A stretch of DNA of 64,000 bases from Bacteroidota bacterium (GTDB lineage: Bacteria > Bacteroidota > Bacteroidia > Flavobacteriales_D > Crocinitomicaceae), in assembly GCA_041168605.1 (NCBI GenBank), contig JBEEKN010000004.1:4130-68129 (forward strand). The letters run 5' to 3'. Within the stretch, counting starts at the first letter, position 1, and the number at the start of each line of letters is the position of its first letter. Positions 47,741-56,646 of the stretch are shown here, one piece after another. The translations under genes and the position numbers were made by a program. Under the pieces are notes generated by a model, which saw nothing but the letters and a program-made list of their open reading frames with translations, was not told the DNA's origin and ran no database searches.

Positions 47741-48304
47741 ATGAAATACCTGATTGTCGGTTTAGGAAATCCTGGCGCTGAATACCTTGAAACACGCCAC
47801 AACATTGGCTTCAAGGTCTTGGATGAGCTTGCCGCTGATCTCGGCGCTTCCTTTTCCTTAGATAAAGCGGCGTTTAGAGCAGAGGCTAAATACAAAGGTC
47901 GTCAGCTTATTTTGATCAAGCCGATTACTTTCATGAACTTATCCGGAAAAGCGGTCAATTATTGGCTGCAAACCGAGAAAATCCCCGTTGGCAACTTGCT
48001 GGTCATTACCGACGACATCGCCTTGCCCTTTGGCACCTTGCGCATGAAAGCAAAAGGAAGCGACGGCGGCCATAACGGGCTCAAAGACATCCAAGCCTTG
48101 CTCAAAACCCAAGAATATCCGCGTTTGCGCTTTGGTGTAGGTGCTGACTTTTCGAAAGGTCGCCAAGCCGATTACGTTTTGGGTAATTGGAAACCCGACG
48201 AAGATAAAGCCCTTCCAGAAAGGATCCAAACGGCCGCTTCTGTAGCCAAGAGTTTTGTTTTTGATGGCTTACCAATGGCCATGACCAACTGGAACAATAA
48301 GTAG
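47741..48304 (+). CDS. pth: Peptidyl-tRNA hydrolase
   Basis: MKYLIVGLGNPGAEYLETRHNIGF...GGHNGLKDI are canonical Pth motifs. Confidence 0.9.
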   Translation: MKYLIVGLGNPGAEYLETRHNIGFKVLDELAADLGASFSLDKAAFRAEAKYKGRQLILIKPITFMNLSGKAVNYWLQTEKIPVGNLLVITDDIALPFGTLRMKAKGSDGGHNGLKDIQALLKTQEYPRLRFGVGADFSKGRQADYVLGNWKPDEDKALPERIQTAASVAKSFVFDGLPMAMTNWNNK

Positions 48305-48368
48305 CCACGTCATATTAAGCTATTGTTAACTGCTTTTTTTTATTTATCTTGCGGTAAACTACTAGCTA

Positions 48369-49499
48369 ATGAAACACAGTTACTTACTGCTTTTCGCCCT
48401 GTTTCAATTCCCCATCTTTGCACAATATTGCACCAACGTAGGCCCTTCAAGCACCGTAGATTCTAATGTAGAAAGCGTTGTAATGAGCGGCGTGGTGGGC
48501 ACCATCAATTATGTGGGTTGCCCGGGTGTTGTTGGGCTGCACGACCTCTCGCAAAGTGTCAATGTATCGCTCAACGCCGGTGGCACGTATACCATTTCTG
48601 TCAAATTTGGAACCTGCAGCGGTAATTATGCCGGAGTAGGTGAAGCCTGGATAGATTTTGATCAGAACGGAAATTTCGATGCTTATGAAAGCTTGGGTAC
48701 ATGGGCCGGAACGCCACCGGCGCTTTTACAAAATTGGACTTTTTCGGTTCCGCCCAATGCCGTAAACGGCATCACCCGCTTGCGCGTGATGCAGCGTGAA
48801 GCGGGCACCCTACCACTCAACCCTTGTGGAACTTTTACTTGGGGTTCGGTTACTGATTTTGGCATTACCCTCACCAATGGCCTAGACTGCACGGGTTATC
48901 CTGGCGATGACGCAAACGATCCGATTGTGGTCGGTGCACTTCCGTATACAGACACGCGTTCGACAGAAGTCTGTTACTCCAACCAAAACTACGTGTATCC
49001 TTCGCCAGACATCTACTATTATTTTGAGCCCAATCCGTTGCTTGCCGAGGTCAATGTCTCGCTTTGCGGCGCCAATTTTGATACTTTTTTGAGTGTTGTG
49101 GACCTAAATGGGAATGTGGTGGCCTACAACGACGACGCACCCGAATGTGCGCCACAATCTGCTTTATCCTTCGATGCAGCTGATTTGGGTCCATTGTATA
49201 TTATTGTTGAAGGATGGGGCGCATTCAATGGCGACTACACCTTGCAAATCAACGCAAGTTATGTCGGTCTCGAAACCGCCGAGCTCAAAGCATTCAATGC
49301 GTATCCAAACCCTAGTCAAGGCTCATTGCACCTCACGGCAAATACCGGCGCGTATCAATTTTTGGATCTGCAGGGGCAATTACTACAAACTTTAGACACC
49401 CAACAACAGGACGTTTTTAATATGGAGAATTTGAAAGCGGGGGTGTATATCCTAAAACAACAAGAGACAGCGCGCATACAAAAATGGCAGAAGTTATGA
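48369..49499 (+). CDS. Secreted T9SS cargo protein with GEVED-like and PPC-like domains
   Basis: 376 aa. The signal peptide is followed by AQYCTN. A GEVED-like domain (AWIDFDQNGNFD...TRLRVMQRE...WGSVTDFGITL) is followed by a PPC-like domain (DANDPIVVG...AYNDDAPEC...GDYTLQINA). CTD: YPNPSQGSLHLTAN...GVYILKQQE. Confidence 0.8.
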   Translation: MKHSYLLLFALFQFPIFAQYCTNVGPSSTVDSNVESVVMSGVVGTINYVGCPGVVGLHDLSQSVNVSLNAGGTYTISVKFGTCSGNYAGVGEAWIDFDQNGNFDAYESLGTWAGTPPALLQNWTFSVPPNAVNGITRLRVMQREAGTLPLNPCGTFTWGSVTDFGITLTNGLDCTGYPGDDANDPIVVGALPYTDTRSTEVCYSNQNYVYPSPDIYYYFEPNPLLAEVNVSLCGANFDTFLSVVDLNGNVVAYNDDAPECAPQSALSFDAADLGPLYIIVEGWGAFNGDYTLQINASYVGLETAELKAFNAYPNPSQGSLHLTANTGAYQFLDLQGQLLQTLDTQQQDVFNMENLKAGVYILKQQETARIQKWQKL

Positions 49500-50641
49500 G
49501 GCATTTTGTTTTATTGCTTTGTTTGGCATTAGCACCGCAACTAGCTGCTCAATTTTGGATACAAAAATCGAGTTTGGGGGCTGTTGGTAGGCACCGCGCC
49601 ACTGGTTGTGCCACCTCGCACAGGGGTTACATTGGCTTGGGTCACGTGAATGGCTCAGGGCAAGATATCTCCTATAAAGATTGGTGGGAGTACGATCCCG
49701 CCTCCGATACCTGGACTCAACGGGCAAATTTCCCCGTGAGCACGCATGGCGCTGTATCATTTGTGGTAGACAACTGCCCAGTTGTGGGTGGCGGATCAGC
49801 TTTGAGCACGCAGTTTTATAAGTTTGATCCTGCTCAAAATACCTGGACGCCAATTGCCAATTGTATCTTACCCAATCCGGGCGATAGCCAAGGGTTTGCG
49901 ATAAACAACCGCGGTTTTGTGTATCAAGCCAACCAATTGGCTAAGTACAACCCTAATACCGACACTTGGTCTTTGTGTGCAAATGCGCCTATGTCTTTTG
50001 GGCAATGGACGTGTTCATTTGTGATTGAAGGGAGCGCCTTTATCAAAGGCGGCGCGCAGCTCTGGGAATACAAACCGCTGCACGACCAATGGCTGCAACG
50101 CGCGAGTTTTCCGGGTGTTTCTACCGGCGGAAGCGCAGGATTTGCGATTCAACAACGCGGCTACGTGACTTCTGGTTATGTCGGCGGTTTGTCGGTTGTT
50201 ACGGAGCAGGTTTGGTCTTTTCATCCGGCGACGAATACTTGGCAGCAAGAAATTGATTTCCCTGGTTCTAAACGCAGATTTATTGTTGCTTTTGCCATTC
50301 ACGACCGCGGTTACATTGGTACAGGCACCAACGGCATCAACTTCAATGACTTCTGGCAGTTCAACCCTACAGACAACACTATTGGTATAGAAGAAGCAAC
50401 ACCAGAGGTAAGTATATTTCCTAATCCATTTACAGATATGGTGTGTGTGAAATCCTCTTTTCTTCAAACGACAGATGGTTCAATCGCTATATATGATTTA
50501 AATGGAAAACTGATACTTGAAGTTCCGCATCTCTATTTTCAACAAAACATCGATTTATCTTCTTTGCAGCCGGGAACCTATATTTTGAAAATCAGTCAAG
50601 GAAATCAAATCATTTACCAAGAAAAATTGATGAAGCGATGA
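49496..50641 (+). CDS. Kelch-repeat beta-propeller protein with T9SS type A CTD (paralog 1 of 3)
   Basis: The ATG at 49496 gives MRHFVLLLCLALAPQLAAQ. Repeated G-x-G...D-x-W-x-Y-D/N-P-x-x-N/D-x-W blades. CTD: IFPNPFTDMVCVKS...GTYILKISQGNQIIYQEKLMKR. ATGA overlap with the upstream gene. Confidence 0.8.
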   Translation: MRHFVLLLCLALAPQLAAQFWIQKSSLGAVGRHRATGCATSHRGYIGLGHVNGSGQDISYKDWWEYDPASDTWTQRANFPVSTHGAVSFVVDNCPVVGGGSALSTQFYKFDPAQNTWTPIANCILPNPGDSQGFAINNRGFVYQANQLAKYNPNTDTWSLCANAPMSFGQWTCSFVIEGSAFIKGGAQLWEYKPLHDQWLQRASFPGVSTGGSAGFAIQQRGYVTSGYVGGLSVVTEQVWSFHPATNTWQQEIDFPGSKRRFIVAFAIHDRGYIGTGTNGINFNDFWQFNPTDNTIGIEEATPEVSIFPNPFTDMVCVKSSFLQTTDGSIAIYDLNGKLILEVPHLYFQQNIDLSSLQPGTYILKISQGNQIIYQEKLMKR

Positions 50642-51846
50642 GGTTGTTTTATTTATGCTTGGTTTTTCTTCCTTTTTGGAGTGCTGCTCAGTATAACACC
50701 TGGACAAAACTCAATGATGTCGGCATGGGCAAGCGCGAACGCTCCACTGGTTTTTCGATAGGTGGTTTGGGTTATTTGTGTGGAGGCTTGGATACCGCTG
50801 AGGTCATCCATAAAGATTTATGGGCTTATGATCCGCAGACAGACGCATGGACGCAAAAAGCAGATTTGCCTGGGTCGGCTCGCCGCGATGCCATCTCTTT
50901 TGTGGTCAATAACTTTGCTTTTGTGGGCTCTGGAATGGACAGCATATCGGGGCCAACTGGCAACACCCTCAAAGATTTTTGGCGCTACAACCCAACAAGC
51001 AATTCCTGGTCGGCAATTGCTGATTTTCAGGGGGCTGGTGGAGAAGGCGTCTATTTTGCCACGGGTTTTGCTGTTGGTGGAAAAGGCTACCTCTGTGGCG
51101 GTAAAACAGGTCCAAATCTGTACAGTAGTCAACTTTGGGAATACAAGCCTGGAAACAATCAGTGGATCCAACGGGCTAGCTTCCCCGGAGGGGTTCGCTA
51201 CCAAATGTCTTCTTTTGTAGTGGGCTCGAAAGCTTATGTTGGCATGGGAACCGATCAAAATATTTTCAAAAAAGACATGTATTGTTATGACCCTGGCGCC
51301 AATACTTGGCAAACAATTGCTCCTTTCCCAGGCTATGAACGCAGCGCAGCGAGTACTTTTACTTTAGAAGGGCGTGGTTTCGTTTGTTTGGGTAACAACG
51401 GCGGCTTGCTTTCAGATGTAATCGAGTACAATCCCGAATCCGATACCTGGACCCTCAGAGCAGCCTTTGGCGGCAGTGAAAGAAAAAGCGCCGTCTCTTT
51501 TGTGATCGACAACAAGGCGTACGTGGGTACCGGAAAAGGATATTCTGGCAAAAAAGACAGTTGGTATGTCTATGCGCCATCGAATTATGCAGCACTAGAG
51601 GAGTTAGAAGTAACATTAAGCATCTATCCGAATCCGGTATGTACAGACCTTACAATTAAAGGCCTGACTTCATTTGTTGAGGATGTAAAAATCTACAATG
51701 CAATGGGGATTGAAGTTCTTCAATTGGAGGCCACTTCAGCTTATAGCTCAGCTATTGACTTAAGTATGTTGCCTGCCGGTAGTTACGTACTCTATTTTGG
51801 CTTTGCTGATGGTCAGTCACTCACCAAAAAAATCATCAAGATATGA
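50638..51846 (+). CDS. Kelch-repeat beta-propeller protein with T9SS type A CTD (paralog 2 of 3)
   Basis: 402 aa with signal peptide MRLFYLCLVFLPFWSAAQ, Kelch-like blades and CTD IYPNPVCTDLTIKG...GSYVLYFGFADGQSLTKKIIKI. ATGA overlap. Confidence 0.8.
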   Translation: MRLFYLCLVFLPFWSAAQYNTWTKLNDVGMGKRERSTGFSIGGLGYLCGGLDTAEVIHKDLWAYDPQTDAWTQKADLPGSARRDAISFVVNNFAFVGSGMDSISGPTGNTLKDFWRYNPTSNSWSAIADFQGAGGEGVYFATGFAVGGKGYLCGGKTGPNLYSSQLWEYKPGNNQWIQRASFPGGVRYQMSSFVVGSKAYVGMGTDQNIFKKDMYCYDPGANTWQTIAPFPGYERSAASTFTLEGRGFVCLGNNGGLLSDVIEYNPESDTWTLRAAFGGSERKSAVSFVIDNKAYVGTGKGYSGKKDSWYVYAPSNYAALEELEVTLSIYPNPVCTDLTIKGLTSFVEDVKIYNAMGIEVLQLEATSAYSSAIDLSMLPAGSYVLYFGFADGQSLTKKIIKI

Positions 51847-53063
51847 GTAAGTTCATTTTACTGTTGTGTGTGATTTTTACTTCCAAGCTAACTGCTTTTG
51901 GACAAGATTATTGGTTGCCAAAAGACACCGTTAATGGCGCACCTAAATCGGCCGCGAGTGCTTTTGTGATTGAGAACCGCGCTTATTTAGTAGCCGGTAC
52001 CGACGACTTCGAATACAAAAGAAAAATGTATTCTTATCGCGCAGATCAAAATGATTGGGACAATGAAGTTTCTTTAGGTGGCGATGGCGGCGATGGCTTG
52101 GCGCGCGTGGGAGCAACTTCTTTTTCTTTGCAGCACGAAGGTCAAACCAAAGGGTATGTAGCCCTGGGTCAGACGCAAACTATTGCGTTTATGAATGACT
52201 TATGGGAGTACGACCGCAGTACCGAAGCTTGGACACAAAAAGCAAATTTTACAGGCGCACCAAGACGAGAAGCCGTTAGTTTTGTTGTGGGTAACCAAGC
52301 ATTTGTAGGCACAGGAAATAGTGCAAATGGGTTCTTAAATGATTTTTATACCTATGACCCAACAAGCAATAGTTGGGCGCAAATCAGTGATTTTGCAGGT
52401 ACAGCTCGCCGCGCAGCAGTAGGCTTTTCAATGGAAAACTATGGTTTTATCGGAACGGGAGACGACGGCACACTGCGCAACGATTTTTGGATGTACAATC
52501 CACAAACTGACCAATGGATTCAAAAAGCAAATTTCCCTGGAGGAGCGCGCTCAGGTGCCTGCGGTTGGGCTGCTTTTCCGGTTTGCTATTTAGGGACGGG
52601 TCAAGACGCCAACTATACGTATCACCGCGACCTCTGGGAATTCAACTACTTTTTGAACAATTGGACCCAACGCGCCGACCTTCCTGGCCCGGGCAGAAAA
52701 AATGCGGTAGCGTTTTATTTGGATGGTTGGGGTTATATCGGAACGGGCTACAACAACGGTACTTTCTACGACGACCTCTGGGCTTATAGCGGCACCGCTG
52801 CAGTTGCCGAGCAACAAGCATTGACGCTCAAGGTATTTCCAAATCCAAGTTCAGATTTTATTGCCATTGACGTCCAAACAAACGCCCCCAACTTAGCGCT
52901 ATACAATCAATTGGGTCAAAAAATGGCTGTTAGTGTTCAAAAAACGGGTTCCAAATTAAACGTAGATATCCGCCAATTGCCAGCCGGCTTGTATTACCTC
53001 CAAATAAACGGCGATAAGCAACAGCAAAGCGCTACTTTTGTCAAATGCAACGGTTCTTATTAA
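51843..53063 (+). CDS. Kelch-repeat beta-propeller protein with T9SS type A CTD (paralog 3 of 3)
   Basis: 406 aa with a signal peptide, Kelch-like blades and CTD VFPNPSSDFIAIDV...GLYYLQINGDKQQQSATFVK. ATGA overlap. Confidence 0.8.
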   Translation: MSKFILLLCVIFTSKLTAFGQDYWLPKDTVNGAPKSAASAFVIENRAYLVAGTDDFEYKRKMYSYRADQNDWDNEVSLGGDGGDGLARVGATSFSLQHEGQTKGYVALGQTQTIAFMNDLWEYDRSTEAWTQKANFTGAPRREAVSFVVGNQAFVGTGNSANGFLNDFYTYDPTSNSWAQISDFAGTARRAAVGFSMENYGFIGTGDDGTLRNDFWMYNPQTDQWIQKANFPGGARSGACGWAAFPVCYLGTGQDANYTYHRDLWEFNYFLNNWTQRADLPGPGRKNAVAFYLDGWGYIGTGYNNGTFYDDLWAYSGTAAVAEQQALTLKVFPNPSSDFIAIDVQTNAPNLALYNQLGQKMAVSVQKTGSKLNVDIRQLPAGLYYLQINGDKQQQSATFVKCNGSY

Positions 53064-53422
53064 TCTTCTTTTTGTTGTTTGCTTGCCAGTCTGAGCCTCA
53101 AAAAAGCAGCGAATATAACACGGTACAAAAGCAGGTCCATACGCCATCTAAAAAGGGGTTAAAACCGCAAACCAAGCCTGAGAACAGCCATACTTTTGAA
53201 ATCACAACCCTTCAAAGTGCGAGTGGTTGGGGCTATCAAATCCGTCAAAATGGCAAACTTTTACTCGATCAGCCCAATATTCCGGGAAGGCCAGGAAACG
53301 CTGGTTTTCAGAGTCAAGCCGATGCGCAGCATGTGGCAGAATTGGTCAAAACGAAACTCCAGGCAAAAGTCTTTCCACCTACGGTTAGTGAAGACGATTT
53401 AAAGAATTTAAACATTCACTAA
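53045..53422 (+). CDS. Small lipoprotein, DUF4907-like
   Basis: 125 aa with lipobox LLFAC. The core WGYQIRQNGKLLLDQPNIPGRPGNAGFQSQADAQHVAELV resembles DUF4907. It overlaps the third Kelch gene by 19 nt. Confidence 0.5.
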   Translation: MQRFLLIFFLLFACQSEPQKSSEYNTVQKQVHTPSKKGLKPQTKPENSHTFEITTLQSASGWGYQIRQNGKLLLDQPNIPGRPGNAGFQSQADAQHVAELVKTKLQAKVFPPTVSEDDLKNLNIH

Positions 53423-53427
53423 CTTTG
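53420..53427 (+). promoter_or_regulatory. -7 promoter box TAnnTTTG (taactttg), 4 nt before the asnS ATG
   Basis: Exact match overlapping the preceding stop codon. Confidence 0.4.
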
Positions 53428-53431
53428 CAGC

Positions 53432-54877
53432 ATGAAAAGAATCCGCATCTCGCAAATTTTGGCTGGCCACGAGGCCTTGCTTGATCAAGAAATCACGGTA
53501 AAAGGTTGGGTAAGAGCCTTTCGTTCGAATCGTTTTGTACAGCTCAACGATGGTTCTTGTATGGCCAATTTACAGGCCGTTATTGATTTTGAGCAGTGGG
53601 ATGAAGCGCTATTGAAGCGCATCACTACAGCTGCCGCGCTTTCTTTGAGCGGAAAACTCATCGCCTCACAAGGTGCAGGGCAAGTTGTGGAACTTCAGGT
53701 AACAGGTATCGAAATTTTAGGTGATGCCCATCCGGATGAGGTCCAAAAGACAGTCATGCAGCCAAAGCGCCATAGCTTAGATTTTTTGCGCGAGCAAGCG
53801 CACTTGCGTTTCAGAACCAACACATTTGGTGCGGTATTCAGAATTCGCCATGCGGTGGCTTATGCCATTCACCAATTTTTCAATGAGCGCGGGTTTTATT
53901 ACCTACACACGCCAATTATCACGGGTTCGGACGCCGAAGGAGCAGGTGAAATGTTTAGAGTGAGTACACTCGACGCCAAAAACCCGCCTTTGAACGAAGA
54001 CGGAAACATCGATTACAAACAAGATTTCTTTGGCAAGCCTGTCAACTTAACGGTATCGGGCCAGCTAGAGGCCGAGTTGGCTGCTACAGCACTTGGGCAG
54101 GTCTATACTTTTGGCCCTACGTTTAGGGCAGAAAACTCCAACACGTCGCGTCACCTCGCGGAGTTCTGGATGATCGAGCCAGAGGTTGCCTTCAACGACC
54201 TCCAAGACAACATGGACCTCACCGAAGAATTCCTGAAATATATTGCAGCTTATGTACTAGAAAATTGTGCGGCCGATGTACAATTTTTACATGAACGCGA
54301 TGCCCAAGAGCAAGCGCAAAAACCAGCCAACGAGCGCCACGAAATGGGCCTTGTGGATCGCCTCAAATTTGTAATAGAAAACCCATTCAAGCGCCTCACT
54401 TACACCGAAGCCATTGACGTTTTATTGAATTCTAATCATTACAAGAAAAAGAAATTCAAGTATCCAGTAGAGTGGGGCATTGACCTCCAAAGCGAACACG
54501 AGCGTTACTTGGTCGAGAAAGAATTCAATTGCCCAGTGATCTTAACGGATTATCCAGCAAAAATCAAGGCCTTCTACATGCGCCTCAACGAAGACGGTAA
54601 AACGGTTGCGGCCATGGACGTACTTTTCCCCGGAATTGGCGAAATTGTAGGCGGTTCGCAGCGCGAAGAACGTTACGATATTTTGGTACAGAAGTGCGAA
54701 GAGTTTGGCATTCCTGCTGAAGAACTTTGGTGGTATTTTGACACCCGCCGTTTTGGAACGGTTCCGCATGCTGGCTTTGGGCTAGGTTTTGAACGCATGG
54801 TGATGTTCGTGACGGGCATGTCTAACATCCGCGACGTCATTCCATTCCCACGCACACCATTGAACGCAGAATTTTAA
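53432..54877 (+). CDS. asnS: Asparagine--tRNA ligase
   Basis: 481 aa with an OB-fold N-terminus and class IIb motifs ([36 protein letters not shown]). Confidence 0.9.
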   Translation: MKRIRISQILAGHEALLDQEITVKGWVRAFRSNRFVQLNDGSCMANLQAVIDFEQWDEALLKRITTAAALSLSGKLIASQGAGQVVELQVTGIEILGDAHPDEVQKTVMQPKRHSLDFLREQAHLRFRTNTFGAVFRIRHAVAYAIHQFFNERGFYYLHTPIITGSDAEGAGEMFRVSTLDAKNPPLNEDGNIDYKQDFFGKPVNLTVSGQLEAELAATALGQVYTFGPTFRAENSNTSRHLAEFWMIEPEVAFNDLQDNMDLTEEFLKYIAAYVLENCAADVQFLHERDAQEQAQKPANERHEMGLVDRLKFVIENPFKRLTYTEAIDVLLNSNHYKKKKFKYPVEWGIDLQSEHERYLVEKEFNCPVILTDYPAKIKAFYMRLNEDGKTVAAMDVLFPGIGEIVGGSQREERYDILVQKCEEFGIPAEELWWYFDTRRFGTVPHAGFGLGFERMVMFVTGMSNIRDVIPFPRTPLNAEF

Positions 54878-54913
54878 CGGTTTTCAGCGTTTTTATCGGG
54901 AATATTCTTTGGT

Positions 54914-56140
54914 TTATTTACCCAAAGCGTGCTTGCCGGCAATGAAGCCTGTCGTCCAGGCAGCCTGGAAGTTGAACCCTCCGGTGATGCCGTCTATATC
55001 TAACACCTCACCTGCAAAAGACAATCGTGGGAACTTTTTGCTTTTCATGGTCTGAAAATCAATTTCACTCAAAGCGACGCCACCTGCTGTCACAAATTCT
55101 TCTTTGAAGGTTGTTTTGCCTTGCACCTCAAAGCGGTCATTGATCAAGGTATTGATCAGTTTATTGATTCCTTTTTTGCCAATTTCTGCCCAACGAAGCT
55201 CAGCGGAGATCTCTGCGCGTTCGAGTAAGTGGTTCCAAAGTCGATTGGTAAGTGGTGTGGGGTTCCAGTTGCTGAGTTTTTTGGCGCTGTGTTGAACGCT
55301 GGTATCCAAGAGTTCTTGGCGAAGTGGCTCTTCCTTTTTTTGATCGAGCCAATTGACCAAGATATGAAAGTGATAGGTTTTCTCGGCAAGTAAGCGCGCT
55401 CCCCAAGCGGAGAGCAGCAAGACGGCTGGGCCGCTCATACCCCAATGCGTGATGAGTAAAGGCCCTTGTCCGCTTAGTTTAGTGCCTTCAATTTTGACCG
55501 TTGCATTGGGCACAACCGTACCCATGAGTTCGCAGATCGGGTTTTTGGGCATATTGAAGGTAAATAACGAAGGAAGCGGCTCGATTATTTCTAGTCCGAT
55601 AGACTCAAGCCAAAGAAGACTGCTTCTTTTGGGATGCCCACCAGCGCAGATAATGACTTGGTCATAGGTCTGTATCTCTTCATTGTTCTGAATGGATACA
55701 TTTTCACTGTTGACTACAATATTGGAAATATGTTGTTGGGTATGCAGCTTGACGCCGAGTTGTCTGCAGGTATTCAGAAAGCAATCAATGATGACCTGCG
55801 AGTCATTGGCCAACGGAAAAATGCAGCCGTCTGGATATATTTTGAGTGGTATGCCGTGGCTTTCAAACCATTGAATGGTATCTGTAGCTGCAAACTGATG
55901 AAAAGCCTTGCGCAGCTGGGTGCTGCCTCTTGGGTAGGCTTTGGAGAGTTCGTTGATATCTGGGCTGTCGTGGGTCACATTGCAGCGTCCGCCGCCCGAA
56001 ATTTTTACTTTGGACAAGAACTTATTGCTTTTTTCTAGAAGGCAAACGCTGGCATCTGGCCAATGCTGTTTGGCAGCAATCGCTGCAAAAAAACCAGCAG
56101 CACCTCCTCCAATGATGGCAATTTTTGGCGTGCTGCTCAT
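54914..56140 (-). CDS. HI0933/BaiN-like NAD(P)/FAD-dependent oxidoreductase
   Basis: The ATG at 56140 gives MSSTPKIAIIGGGAAGFFAAIAA (the track start at 56245 is TTG). The C-terminus GEVLDIDGITGGFNFQAAWTTG is typical of the HI0933 family. Confidence 0.75.
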   Translation of the reverse strand: MSSTPKIAIIGGGAAGFFAAIAAKQHWPDASVCLLEKSNKFLSKVKISGGGRCNVTHDSPDINELSKAYPRGSTQLRKAFHQFAATDTIQWFESHGIPLKIYPDGCIFPLANDSQVIIDCFLNTCRQLGVKLHTQQHISNIVVNSENVSIQNNEEIQTYDQVIICAGGHPKRSSLLWLESIGLEIIEPLPSLFTFNMPKNPICELMGTVVPNATVKIEGTKLSGQGPLLITHWGMSGPAVLLLSAWGARLLAEKTYHFHILVNWLDQKKEEPLRQELLDTSVQHSAKKLSNWNPTPLTNRLWNHLLERAEISAELRWAEIGKKGINKLINTLINDRFEVQGKTTFKEEFVTAGGVALSEIDFQTMKSKKFPRLSFAGEVLDIDGITGGFNFQAAWTTGFIAGKHALGK

Positions 56141-56589
56141 TAGTAAATTTTGTTGATGATCCATTTTCGGCCATTGAACACGGCTCCCTGTTGTTCTTTT
56201 TTGCCTTTGAGGGCTTGAAAAAGTGGTGCGTCGGTACTCATGCAAAAAACGGTCATGGTGTCAAATTGGAGTTGTCCGTATGGGACGCTGCAGTAGTACC
56301 AATTGTGGTCGGATTCAAAAAGTGCACCGTTTTGTATTTGGGCGAAGGCAGCGCTCGGATCCATTTTTTGCAGGGCTTGTAGTTGTTGTTGGGCGAGTGC
56401 AATTTGCTTGTCGAGTTTTTCAATTTCGATTTGTGCAATGGCAATTCCGACTTCGTGTTTGTCGCCGGCAGACCCCTTGCCGCTTTCTGAACTTTCTATA
56501 CTTAATTGGCTTCGTTGGAGTTGCAGCGCAGATTTCCGACTTTCCAGTGCGTTAAATAAATGGTCGTGGAGCCTTGTTTTGAGGGTCAT
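56140..56589 (-). CDS. Hypothetical coiled-coil protein with a GreA/GreB C-terminal-like domain
   Basis: The ATG at 56589 gives MTLKTRLHDHL... (the track start at 56640 is TTG). A central coiled coil is followed by ...MSTDAPLFQALKGKKEQQGAVFNGRKWIINKIY, which resembles the S-P-L-G-x-A-L-x-G-K segment of Gre factors. A TAATG overlap links it to the downstream gene. Confidence 0.45.
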   Translation of the reverse strand: MTLKTRLHDHLFNALESRKSALQLQRSQLSIESSESGKGSAGDKHEVGIAIAQIEIEKLDKQIALAQQQLQALQKMDPSAAFAQIQNGALFESDHNWYYCSVPYGQLQFDTMTVFCMSTDAPLFQALKGKKEQQGAVFNGRKWIINKIY

Positions 56590-56595
56590 ATCTTG

Positions 56596-56603
56596 CAAAA
56601 ATA
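56596..56603 (-). promoter_or_regulatory. -7 promoter box TAnnTTTG (tatttttg on the minus strand), 6 nt before the ATG at 56589
   Basis: Exact match. It supports the shorter start. Confidence 0.4.
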
Positions 56604-56646
56604 GCCCGATTTGTCGTAAATTCGCGACTTTACAAAGCAAACGTTC

